A DNA stretch of 64,000 nucleotides from Camelus dromedarius (taxonomy: Eukaryota). The stretch is taken from NCBI RefSeq assembly GCF_036321535.1, contig NC_087436.1:52950001-53014000 (forward strand), read 5' to 3'. Below the pieces are notes generated by a model, which was not told the DNA's origin, did not search any database, and saw only the letters and a list, made by a program, of their open reading frames with translations. Every line of letters begins with the position of its first letter. The stretch's first letter is position 1. The position numbers and the translations under genes were made by a program. Of the stretch, positions 12,701 through 23,700 are shown piece after piece.

Positions 12701-15467
12701 AATATGGACAATTAGATAAAGAGATGTAATAGTAAAGTGTTATCCTAAAAAGGTTAAGTCAGGTCACTGTTACCTCCAGTAGATGGTGCCCTTAGCTTAA
12801 CAACTGATTTCTTAACTGACACACGTTTTTAATTGTTGTTGTGGCATACAGACTTTCTCTTGAAAGTCAAATGGTAAGTTATTCAACTTTGTTATTGCTA
12901 CTAATTCCTTCAGTTGGCCTTAAATATACATATAAAGTAAGTGAGGTTATTATTTGTGAGAAAGAAATTAGTTGCTACATATCTCTTGATCTAGCTGGAT
13001 ATTCTTCTTTAAAATGAATGAGTAGCTTCTGCTTTAGAGCAATGTTTCCCAGAGTATAAGTTATGTACTACTGATGATGCATAAGGGACATTTTTTATTT
13101 TAAAAGTTATATATTTTATGCATGTTAGGCAAAAGATAATCAGCCCACCTGACCTTTCATTTAACCAATAAAGGTTAGGTTGAAGCTAAGTTTTAGAAAG
13201 ATGGTTGATTCAAAGTTAATTTAAATTTAAATTAATTTAAATTGTAGTGGTACACAGGAGGCAAAAAAGCATGACATTATAACCCCGTGAATAACTGAGA
13301 AGTACTGCCTTTAGCTATTTAATTATCAAATATTTATTGAGCCCCTATTATGTAATTGACACTCTGCAGGGCTTTAGAAGATAGAAAGATGAAGACTCAG
13401 CCCTACCTTAAAAACTTTCCAGGCTAAGTGTATTAATGTCTCTAAGAGATAATCAAAAGTCTGTTTTATGGAAAAACTTATTTTCAGGTCTTTTATGTTT
13501 CATGGTGTAATATACCATGTGAGACTAGTATCTTACACATCGACCATTTAAAGTTTTTTGAAAGATCAGGACATTTCATTTGAATTATCCTATTTCCTAT
13601 GTAACATAACATAATAAGAGATCTTATTCTCTTTTTAGGTGGTTCAGTTCAATCGTTTACCTTTGGTGGTGAGTTTCATTGCCAGCAGCAATGCCAATAC
13701 AGGTGTGTTTCAATTACCTTAAATATAATTTTTAATTCTTTAAAATGCCACATCTGAATAGTCTGATATGATAGGAATGGCAGGTTTAGAGTAAGAAAAC
13801 CTGAACTCGTGGCCCAGCTCTGCCATCTATTCCTTGATCTCTGGAAGTGTAACTTCCCTGAATTCTGTTTTCCATATCTGCGTGATGGAGCTAATATCTG
13901 CTTTCTCCATCTTATGGGATTATTTTTTAGTTCAAATGAGACAGTGTATAGGTCAGTGATTGTTTAAGGTAGAAAGGAAATTAAATTATCTTCATTTCTT
14001 GAATGCGATATCTTTGTAACATTATAGCAGTTTAAGAAAACAAAAAGAGAATAGAAAAGATAACCAAGCAAAACACATAAAAATAATCAAGGATGAGTTC
14101 AATCACGTATAGACTAGAATTTTTAAAATCTTGAACTGTAGTGGGCAAGATGAATCTGATTGAGAATTTAAAGATGAGTAGGATAAACATATTTGTATTT
14201 TTGAGAGTTGAGGAATTTGAGGACACCAGGAAGCTGTACTTTCTAAGGAGGATAGTAGGATCTCACCATACCCAGTAACCTTCACTGCTTATTTATGTGT
14301 AAAATAATGACAGTATTCAATTGAATTGTAGTTTGTTTTGTTTTGAACTCTCTTTTGGTTAAAGTGGAATTTTTTAAGATTTGTCTCCTTCAGATTTAAC
14401 TGCTGTTCAGAACTGTCGTACATTGCTCTTCTGTTTTTTGATTTCCAAAGCCAGTTCTATTTCTAGGTGTGTCACTGAAGCCTATCTTTAGATCCTCATC
14501 TTTAAAATGAGAGGTTTAGATTTGATGGTCTGCTAGGTCTCTTCCATTTCTAAATGTTTTGAAGCTGTAAAATACTATATATGAAAACATTTTGTAAATT
14601 GCATAGGATAGTGATGTCAAAATTTTAAGTATATTAAACCTCAATTGTGATCAAACACTATCACATTATAAAATCATCAGCTGTTACAAATTATGATAAT
14701 GTGCAGAGTTATATGTCTGTTACTTAGAACAGTTCCTTGAGAACCCCAGCTGCTTTTAATGCTCTGTGAGATGGTGGAAGATCTTTGAGCATAGAACAAG
14801 CAGTATTTAAGATATCTAGCTTTCTACTCTGGTAAACTAAGGAGAAGCTAGATATGCAAATTTCCAGACTAGTTTGTGTCTTTTCAAACGTGGAAGTGTA
14901 TGTTTTATACTCATACCAAGTGTCTTTAATTTTTTTTTCTTTTGAAATACCCTTATGCCTTAGCTTTATTTAATTTATATAATAAATACCTGATTATTTC
15001 TTTACTATCTACCTATCTTTTGATAAAGTTGATTAAAATTGGCTCAGGAAAAAAGTGTACCTTTTTTAGTAAAAATCGTGTATATTATTCCTGAATTAGA
15101 TTTTAAATAATAAGGTGTAAATTAACATCTTCCTTTCAAAACTAGCAAAATTATAGCATATATATAATTCATTTTATATCTTCTAATACATATAAATATT
15201 TTCATTTATTTACTTTAGTAATAGATGATGAAAATAAACTTCATAATGAATACAGATTTTTTTGGTTACTTTATTTAGAATTACAATATTTTCTTTTAGT
15301 TATGGAGAAAAAACTATGTCTCATCCACTTTTCAGTAACTAATTTTGATAAGCATTTTTCTAATATTCAAAATTTTTTATCTCTTTGTTTTAGGACTAAT
15401 TGTCAGCCTAGAAAAGGAACTCGCTCCATTATTTGAAGAATTGAGACAAGTTGTGGAAGTTTCTTAA
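753..15467 (+). CDS. LAMTOR3: LAMTOR3 (Ragulator complex protein, MP1), spliced CDS join(753..761,2799..2833,10756..10814,12378..12511,13639..13702,15394..15467), 124 aa
   Basis: Spliced translation [124 protein letters not shown] matches mammalian LAMTOR3. Exon lengths 9+35+59+134+64+74=375 nt; all introns GT-AG. Confidence 0.98.
1290..1500 (-). mobile_element. MIR SINE
   Basis: Core-like TTATAGATGAGGATGCTAAGGCACA...CACAGCTAGTAAGT. Confidence 0.7.
2490..2650 (-). mobile_element. MIR SINE
   Basis: GAAACTGAGGCTTAGAG...GTCACACAACTAGTAA. Confidence 0.65.
2799..2833 (+). CDS. LAMTOR3: LAMTOR3 exon 3 ([12 protein letters not shown])
   Basis: TTTCAG|GAC...CCAAG|GTAAAA, 35 nt. Confidence 0.96.
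3910..5005 (-). mobile_element. Tigger-family (TcMar/pogo) DNA transposon remnant, subfamily undetermined
   Basis: ORF 4228..4620(-) [40 protein letters not shown] resembles a Tigger transposase C-terminus; degraded termini. Confidence 0.55.
5419..5631 (-). mobile_element. 5'-truncated L1 3' end with perfect 18-bp TSD
   Basis: TTGTGGGTCCATGCTTTT at 5401-5418 and 5632-5649 flanks L1 3'UTR-type sequence with a T-rich tail. Confidence 0.8.
6498..6851 (-). mobile_element. MaLR solo LTR (MLT1A/MST-like), nested in old L1M-like sequence
   Basis: TCTTAGTTCAGGCTGCTATAACAAAGTACCATAGGCTGG...ATTTATTTCTCACAGTTCTGGAG...TTCAGTCCATTGCA. Confidence 0.8.
7539..9888 (-). mobile_element. Tigger1 DNA transposon, near full length, transposase disrupted
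   Basis: TA|CAGGCATACCTC ... GAGGGATGCCTG|TA terminal inverted repeats with TA TSD. Transposase fragments [19 protein letters not shown] (8482..8748) and [34 protein letters not shown] (8202..8411). Confidence 0.92.
10756..10814 (+). CDS. LAMTOR3: LAMTOR3 exon 4 ([19 protein letters not shown])
   Basis: TTTCTAG|TGTT...AAAG|GTAAAA, 59 nt. Confidence 0.97.
11076..11122 (+). mobile_element. extremely 5'-truncated L1 3' tail
   Basis: ACATTGTAAAATGACTATAACTCAATAAAAAAAATGTTAAAAA flanked by TSD-like AAA(A/G)CATTTTATG (11063-11075 and 11123-11135). Confidence 0.6.
11219..11239. repeat. (TA)n microsatellite
   Basis: Direct reading. Confidence 0.9.
12378..12511 (+). CDS. LAMTOR3: LAMTOR3 exon 5 ([14 protein letters not shown]...YYNTYQ)
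   Basis: TTTACAG|TGG...CCAG|GTAAGT, 134 nt. Confidence 0.97.
12776..12789 (+). promoter_or_regulatory. candidate CTCF site in LAMTOR3 intron 5
   Basis: CCAGTAGATGGTGC is close to the CTCF core CCASYAGRKGGCRC. Confidence 0.4.
13639..13702 (+). CDS. LAMTOR3: LAMTOR3 exon 6 ([21 protein letters not shown])
   Basis: TTTTTAG|GTG...ACAG|GTGTGT, 64 nt. Confidence 0.96.
15394..15467 (+). CDS. LAMTOR3: LAMTOR3 exon 7 coding part ([24 protein letters not shown])
   Basis: TTTTAG|GA acceptor; TAA stop at 15465-15467. Confidence 0.97.
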
Positions 15468-15938
15468 TCTGGCAGTGGTTTCAATGTGTATCTTATCTTC
15501 ATTACAACAGACACAGTATCAATCCAGCAATCTTTACACCACAACAATACCTGCGTCCATGTACTCGAGAAAGGGCCCCCTTTGCCAGCTTACACTGAAG
15601 ACAGAGCCTATAGATAGACTTTATGGACAGATTGATTGTTATCTTTTCTTGTGTAGAGTCTTTTCTTAGTGAGATTGGGGGATACCACAGAAACGGTTCA
15701 GTCTATCCCAGCTCCCATGGAGTTAGTCCAGTCACCAAATATGCATGAGAGTCTATTCGGTGGGTCAGAATCAAAATGGTACTTTGATCCACTTGAGCCG
15801 TGAGGTGCTCCCTGTTGTACAGTACGCCAGGCCTGCAGAGTGCAGCAGACTTTTTATTGTGAATAATGAGTACATATTTTTCTTCATATTGTTTTCTCTG
15901 CATTGAGTGTGAGGAAGATAAAATGGCTTAGTAAAAGT

Positions 15939-15944
15939 AATAAA
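15939..15944 (+). terminator. candidate proximal LAMTOR3 polyadenylation signal
   Basis: AATAAA about 470 nt after the stop, followed by T/GT-rich sequence. Confidence 0.45.
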
Positions 15945-16226
15945 ACCAGTACAATCACTAACTTTCCTTTGTGTATATTATTTTGCAGTATAGGCGAGCA
16001 GTACTGATTGATTCGATTCTTCTCAGAGGGTGCTGCTCTTTAATGGAAATGAAGATGATAGCTAATGGTTTTTTCTTCCACTCCGCTTTCTATAACCAAT
16101 CAGTTTTTTTTTAATGTTTGTGTGTTCTTTATAAAATTTAGATATGATTCATTATTGAATTCTGTTTCCAATATTGGTATGTATGTAAACATGATAGTAT
16201 AGCCATTTTTTTCATACATGAGTATA

Positions 16227-16232
16227 AATAAA
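16227..16232 (+). terminator. candidate distal LAMTOR3 polyadenylation signal
   Basis: AATAAA preceded by TGTA elements and followed by T-rich tracts. Confidence 0.55.
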
Positions 16233-17334
16233 ATAGTATTTTTTAAAAGTACAGTTTGAGCACTGTATAGGTTTTTTCCCCCAGACCGGTTTCAAAAGTT
16301 TAAAGACTATAATTAACTTAATTCACTCTTTCAACCACATGAGTAAGTAGTGAATGTTTCTTGTCTGGTTTGGAGACCGTTTTACCTAGCATAAACTGTC
16401 AGTTGGAAAATAAGTCTTGTCCACGAGCCTAATTTAATCTCTGTGAAATTGGTATTGCAGTTTAGCATGTGCTTATTTTCAAGAATGTAGTCCATCTTTC
16501 ATGGTTAATTTCTTTCGAGGTTCTTTGACAATCAGAGTTTGCCAGTGGTACCTGGCATAGAGCACCAACTATGTGCCATTCATCCGAGCTACCACACTGC
16601 AGAATTCTGAGGAGTGCAGTTTACATCATATTTCTGTGCTCCAGGGTGCATTTTGCATGGTGTGTGTGTGAGTGCAGCTTCTGGAGTTGTGCGGTGAGGT
16701 GGTCGGCCAGGTACTGTGCTTGTTTGCAGCCTTTAGTAATATTAAAGGACTGGAAACCATCTAAGTATCCATCATAAAGTGACCTTTGTGTCTGTTTTTC
16801 TTAACAATGCCAGTTTATACCTGCTGTTCTTTCTGTGTTATTAGTGCTCCCTTCAGCTATCAAATGTCCTACTTTAGATAAGAAATGAGATGTTCACTCT
16901 AATCACAGAGGATTAGATAAAGAAATTTCTACATTTGCCTAGTGGAAAAAAAGAATAAGACTTTAGATACTGATATGGAAAGATCAAAACAGTGTCCAGT
17001 GAAAACAGCATTGTGTGTAACTGTGTGATGTGCTACAATTTGTGTATAGGAAGGAACAGTATATGCATATGTTTATATTTGCTTGTATGTTATAGATACC
17101 TCTGCAGATATACAGAACCTGGTAACATTGGTGGCCTCTGTAGAGTGGAACTAGGTACCTGGAGGACAGAGAGCTCAAAAGTGCTCCTTTTTACTGTAAA
17201 CTTCATTGTACTTTTTTAATTTTTTAACTATTCAAAAATAATTTAAAGTAACTTTAAAAATAAAAACAAATAAAATGTTTCAAGCAGCAAAATTTATAAT
17301 AAGGTGGTGATGAGGTATTTGGGGAAGAAAGTTT

Positions 17335-18100
17335 TATCGTTTGGAGTTTGTTAAAGAAACAACCAGTAGGATATATATGGATTAGATTTATTTCAAGGAA
17401 CTTGTTCATGTGATTTTTGGAAATTGGCAAGTCCAAAATCTGTAGAGCAGGCCAGGAGGCTGAAAAATCTCAGGCAGGAGCTGAAGCTGCAGTCTTCAGG
17501 CAGAATTTCTTCCCCATGGAAGCCTGTTTGCCCTTAAGACCTTTCAACTGATTGGGTGAGGCTTACCCGTATCATTGAGGATAACCTCTTTTATTTAAAT
17601 TCAGGGAATTGTAGATGTTATTAAGCACATCTATGAAATACCCTCATACCAACATCAAGGTTCATGTTTGATCAAGTAACTGGGTGCTTCGTCAAGTTAA
17701 CACATAAATCTCACCTTTGCAGTCTACCCTTGTAGCTTGGCACCTGTACCCCATCTTCTTAAACCATGTTTACTCTCCAAATAAAGACTGTAACCAAGTC
17801 GTACTTCTGCTTAACATGATAAAACTATCCCGCATACACCTGAGAACATGTTAACCTTTTCCCCAGAAGAGGATGCAAAGTCCTTGGGTGATGTTCACTT
17901 TTCTCATTGATACACTGTGGCTTAAATACTGTGATAGAAAGTTGACCATTTTTAAGATACCTTATGTTAGATGATGGGATAAGACAGGAAACAGATAACT
18001 TGCTTTTTTGTATGGACACACACATTTATAACAAAATAAGGAAATGTAGCAATCACAGTTCTTGTTTCTCCAATTTGGGTGTGGTGGAAGCTAGTGTTTA
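17335..18100 (-). mobile_element. ERVL MLT2-type LTR (~17335-17720) plus adjacent internal fragment
   Basis: GATTTATTTCAAGGAA...GGCAAGTCCAAAATCTGTAG...GACCTTTCAACTGATTGG...GTCAAGTTAACACATAAA is typical of MLT2. Confidence 0.7.
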
Positions 18101-19042
18101 AAACACAGTGTGACCAGGAAGAGTTTGGCAAAAATACAGGTTTGCTGCAGCTGACCTGAAGTAGTAGTGGAGGAGGGAGGGAGGATTGATACTCATTCTG
18201 TGATAATTCTCTTGCTCTCTGCCTGAAACCGGGACTCAGCATAACTCCCCGACCTGCGCTCCCAGCGTGTTTTAAGAGCCCACCCTCTGGAGTGCCGCAT
18301 GGCTGGGAAGAGAGGGCTCTGGCCTACCAAGTGTTAGGACCAATGGCTCTGGATTAGGGGGCAGGTTTCCTCCAGAGGCGATAAGAGCCATCCCCACCAT
18401 GGGGGAACACCCCTCATCTGGAGGGAGCAGTGCGTCGATGGGGCAAGATTTCCCTGGGAGGGATTCTGAGCATGACTGCTAATACTTTGGCTGTCTTGAG
18501 GTACTCCTTTGGTGATAAGCACATACTGTTAGTGACAGAGCTAAATACAGACAGCTATTCTCCCAAACAGACCCCCCCCCCCTCCGATCTGGATCTGCCA
18601 TTGGCTTAAAACATCCTCCCTCATCTTAGGGCCCTTCCCTGAGCTCACTAGCGAGGTGAAATCATGACCACCTTTCGGGTTGCTGAGAGCAGGTGAAGCA
18701 TCTGGGGTGGCACTAATTACATGGTTAGTATATGTTTAATCGCCCTTTTTATGTCAAAAACCCTCCAAAATATGGCTTTATCCCCGTTCAGCACACACCA
18801 TCATATAGCTCTGTGTGCTTCCCCTGCAGTATTTATCTTCTTTACTTCCATACATGATTATGTATGTATTTATTATCTTTTCCATATTCAATTAGAAACT
18901 CCCTCAGGACGAGGACTATTTCTTAAACTCTCAATCCTTCCATCCTTTGTAGCTCAGAGTCGAACCCAAGTGGGTCCTTCATTGCTATTTATGATATTAA
19001 TCACTTGTATTTCTTTTAAATTTTAAATGTTAAAAAACATAA

Positions 19043-19260
19043 TTTAATAGCAAAATACAGGCACAGCAAAGTCATGTCTTTTTAATAAACAACCACAGAA
19101 TATAAATAAACATGACATTGTACAAAAAGTCAAAACAATATTACCTACACAAACACCCTTGGTTCTAAGAAAACAATACACGAAACTGTACATTTCAGTG
19201 AGGATTTCTAACTCCTGACTTTGCAAACTGAACACATTTTAACTTGACATTTGGTTTATT
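19043..19260 (-). terminator. candidate DAPP1 polyadenylation signals (AATAAA 19260-19255; ATTAAA 19048-19043)
   Basis: Hexamers on the minus strand about 1.45 and 1.66 kb downstream of the DAPP1 stop, in AU-rich 3'UTR-like sequence. Confidence 0.45.
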
Positions 19261-20710
19261 CCATGTGATACAACAAGACATTAAAAGCCTTGTTGAAACA
19301 TCCAAAAATGTAATGTCATTTCTGAGTCCTAGCTGTTTATATAACAGAGGGAACTTATTCAATGAGGACCGCTAGAGCAGTGTCATAGCTTTACATCATG
19401 ATCATTTTATTTGGGTTCTTCCTCCACTTTACTCTCCCTTCAAAAGTCAATCTTGAAAAAAAAAAAACCCACTATTAATAAAGATAATGGAGGGGTTAGA
19501 ATCTACTTATGAGCTCCGGATGCTGATATCTCATCCCCCTACTTCAGTCCCCTCATTCTAGTTTGAAAACACGGTGTAAGAAACGCATCATTATACTTCA
19601 CGTGTGGACTTAGTGTTGCTCCCTCAGTTGGCAACAGAAGGTGCTCTTGAAATAAGGCGTAGGGCACTTGGCCATCATTGCCGAGCAGGGTGTGTCTTAC
19701 TCCTCTTGGGTCCGTACCTAGCACTCACTCTGAGGAAGGGATTGTTACAACACGCTCTCCTGGAGAAGTCTCTTTCAGTCTGTTAGGGAAGCGCTGGATG
19801 AAGATAACTTAGTGCTTAAGAGTAACGTGCTCTGTTATTGTTACAGTTTTAATAATTATTATCATATTATTCTAATACATGATATAGTAATGATCACAAT
19901 AATTATTAAACTAAAAGTTATCTATTACTTTATCACCCTTCCTCAACTGATGGTTTCTCACTCTTTAAAACATTTCCCCTAAAATGACTAAAAGAGGTGT
20001 TTTTTAGATTGTGCCTTCATCTTTGTCAAGCTACCTAGTCGTCCAGAGGACGTTAAGTTCTCACAGGCTTATCATTAGAAGGGAAGAAGAATATCTGTAG
20101 AGCCTTTTGCAAAGGGAAAATTAACACTGCAAACCTTTCCCATTTTAGTTTCAGAAATTGTTTTGTTTCTTATATAAAGAGGGGAATAAAAACAAAACCA
20201 ACACCGCTCCCTGTCCCCAGTCTTGGAGGTTTCTCTCAGCACACTTTCAGAAGAAGCGGTCTCAGCCTCAGCGGGCACACAAAGAGCTGTTTCCTTCCCG
20301 GGGAACCGCACAACCTGGATGTCAGAGGAGCTGACCAGGGCGCCGAGTGGGGCCCCGGGCAGATAACATCGGCCAGCTCGGGGAGCATGATGAGGGAAAG
20401 CAAAACGCCTTCATCTCCCATTGCGCGTCCTGAGAGTGAGCCCCCGGGCGCGGCGCCGGGTGCCTCGGCCTCCCTCAGAACCATGATGCGTCCGCATCCT
20501 CAGGGAGACGCGCCTTGACCGGCAGCAGTTTTCTGTGAGTCCGCAAATGTGGCGTGTCCTGAAATGTCCGACTCTGCATCTGCTTTTGATTTGTTTCTAT
20601 AGAAAAATCCTTAGTCAGCTTTCAGCTGAAGAAGCCTGCTGTGGCTCACAGCCTCGGGAACATTCCACCCTGCTCCTGGGTCAGGGCAGCCCTCACGGAG
20701 GAAGGTCTGC

Positions 20711-20779
20711 CTATTTAAAGATGAATGACTGAGATCGGACTGTGCCTTCCCTTTGGTCGAGCTGTTTTCTTATTTGAGA
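20711..20779 (-). CDS. DAPP1: DAPP1 exon 9 coding part (SQIRKQLDQREGTVRSQSFIFK*)
   Basis: TTACAG|TCT acceptor; TAG stop at 20713-20711. Confidence 0.95.
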   Translation of the reverse strand, partial: SQIRKQLDQREGTVRSQSFIFK

Positions 20780-23700
20780 CTGTAAGAGAGCACACCCACG
20801 TGGATTTATTGTTGAACAACTTTAAGATAACCAACATTTTATAAATATTACATAAGAATTGCTGATTAGTAAGAAAACCATGCACCTATAAATTAATTAT
20901 CATGTCTCCTCCTCCCCCAAGTTCTACCCTGACTTTCTTTCTTTTTCTCCAGAGAAATACTGTAAAGGGGCTGCCAAAACCTGCACAAATTGGGAACTGG
21001 CCTAATACTTTTAGTAACCCATAAAGTGCAATACTATTCAGTGAATCAGAATGAAGATACAGATCTAAATTAATTGATATAGAAATATGTTCATTATATA
21101 TTAAGTCAAGTGAACAGGTAAAGAACACTAGAGAATGATTAAATTTTGAGTTGAATGTTTATCTGCACAGGGAGAAGTCTGAAAGTATGTACATTTGATA
21201 TATTTTTACTTTATGTACACTGGACACTAAGCTAAGTTTCTCTGGCAAGCCTCCTTCTCTGACAAGTTAAAAGGATTTTCTACTATGGAAATATGTCAGC
21301 TTCCCTCTGTTGGACCTTCTAGTCCCTCATGTCCCTCTCCAGGCAAAACTGGAGCAGCCAAACACTTAGGGGAAGAGTGATAGACACCAGGGCGTGAGGC
21401 CAGGCTCGAGCAGCAACCCCAGTGCCACTCTGTTCTCTTTCTTTTATTCTGTCTCCATCCCTTTCCTGTCCCAGAAGAATGAACAGACTATTCTGCAAGC
21501 CTGCAAGTAGACATCCCATTGGTTCTCGGGGGTCATCTGATTCTTTCAATAGAAAAATGTTTGAAATTATCCACATATTATTTCTGAGCATTAGACATCC
21601 AGAGACGGGCAGAACTCACCAACTTCCAGCGTAATATCTTGATCCACTCATCAGCCTCTACTCCTGTCTTTGCACAGAGATAAAATGTCCTGAATGGAAA
21701 TACTAAGCTGGTAAGACAAAAGGAAGAACATAAGAGACTCCAGATGGTTGGTTGAACATCTACTAGTTGAAGACTAATTAGAGTATTCCAATGGGGAAAA
21801 TAACTGACAGAAAACCTGGGTAAGAATTTGAGGAATTGGTACATGTGGAGCTAGTCCTGCCAGCAAACTGCAGAAATGTTGACAAAGTTGTAGATTCATG
21901 TTATTAATACGGGCCACATTTCTACTTTCTAATGAGAATCTAAAGAGGGAAAAACACAGGTCGAGGGCACCCCCAGATCCGTTTGTTGTTCGTGTCTTAG
22001 ATTGAATATGCTTGTGTGTTTATTCAGCTAATCTGATATATGACTCAGAACTTGTGCTCTGATAACAAAGAACAAGCAAGACAGATAAGAGTGAGTTTGT
22101 TGAAGTAACTCATTTGGGTTAGCTGGCTTCAAGGAGGATAACACTGCCCTCTGTGGATGAAGGCAGTTTCAACTTTTTAGGACAGGGAAAAGAGATAATA
22201 ACACTCTTTAACTATTCTTTCTGCCCACTTCTTGCCTTGAGTTAGTTAATCTCTGCTGGAGGGAAGATGAACTTGCCCACTGGCATGGAAGGCTGTTCTA
22301 GGAATATGCTTGACTCCTCATCTAACTGTCTCTTTGGCTCTAGAGTCAAAATCACCTGACTGATAAGGTCAGTCCTAACTTAGATCTTGTCCATACTTCT
22401 GTCCTCACAGCTGAGATGCAAAACACTAAAAATCTTTTTGTACTTTCCATGAAAAAAAAAAAAGCCTTGAACTGAAATCAGAAGAGTTTCTACATCCTAA
22501 AACCAAAGCAATATATCTGGTTTATGCCAGTAATTCATGTCGAATAGACAAGAGGTAGTCCCTGTGGACAGAAGGTAAACCTTGATGTGAGGTCGGTTGG
22601 GCAGTGAGGAGCCAGAGCTGGGGTTGGGGATGGGGAGTGATACTGTGCACACACTGTACAAAACTGATGGCTGGAACTGTCACTGGTATCCTCTGTGAGA
22701 GACATTATTAATTGCCTGTTAATTCAAATCATTTTTCCTTTTCTCTTGCTTACAGAACCCCAGGTGATAAGTTATAATTAGTTGGAGCCAATTATGATCA
22801 TACTAGTACCCTGCTGCTGGTGATGGCAGGGGACCAGTCTGGGCCAATGAGATACGAGGGGAAATTGGATAGAAGAGTTTCTGGGAAAATGTCTGCTTTC
22901 CTGATAAAAAGGGCAGACATGCCTAATACCATCCCTGCATCTTTCTTCATGGCTTACGTGTAAATGTGAGGCCTATAGTTGGAGTAGCTGTCTTGGACCC
23001 TGAAGTAGCGCATGAGGAAAAGACCAAGAGAATCATAGAGACGTTGGACTTGACCTTGTTAAGGTAGCTGTCTGCCTCCTGATTGCTTGTTATGTAAGAA
23101 ATATAAACTCCGGTTAGTTCATATGGTACCTTTATGTGAATTTTGAAAAGATGTCCACTATTGGTTGATACTATAAAATCATTAATTAATAATAGTTAAT
23201 GTTAATTTTTTTAGATGGACAATGGTATTGTAGTTCTATAGGTGATATTTTTCTTCTTAGTAGATGCATATTTAAGGACTTAAGGGTAAAGCACCATGAT
23301 GTCTACAACTTACTTTCAATTGGTTCAGGAAAAAAAAGGTGAACTGACAGAGATAAAGCAAAGAGAGCAAAATATTAATGACTGATGCATCTAGGTGAAG
23401 GGTATATGGGCATCTAAGTCTTTCAATTTTTGTATGTTTGAAAAACTTTAAAATAAAAGTTGGTGGGAAATAAGACACTCCCTTCTCAAGACACTTTATT
23501 TCTCCCAGTTAGAAAATTTTGATGATACACTGATTGTGTTAGAACAAAATACTTTAGTGCCATTTACCAGAATTGTCATCATAATACAAATCACCCATTG
23601 TTGGAGTCAACAAAGTTATAATTAAAATGGTGTAAAACACGGCAAAGGAATAAAAGCTGTCTAAGCTGTGAATGGCACACTGTCCTGTGTCATGCTTGTG

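Noticed and set aside
13216..13235. 20-bp perfect palindrome TTAATTTAAATTTAAATTAA
   Set aside because: Pure A/T low-complexity sequence; no evidence of function.
20387..20436. ATGA...AAAA hairpin resembling a SECIS element
   Set aside because: It is antisense to DAPP1, lacks a properly placed 3' GA quartet, and neither CDS has an in-frame TGA.
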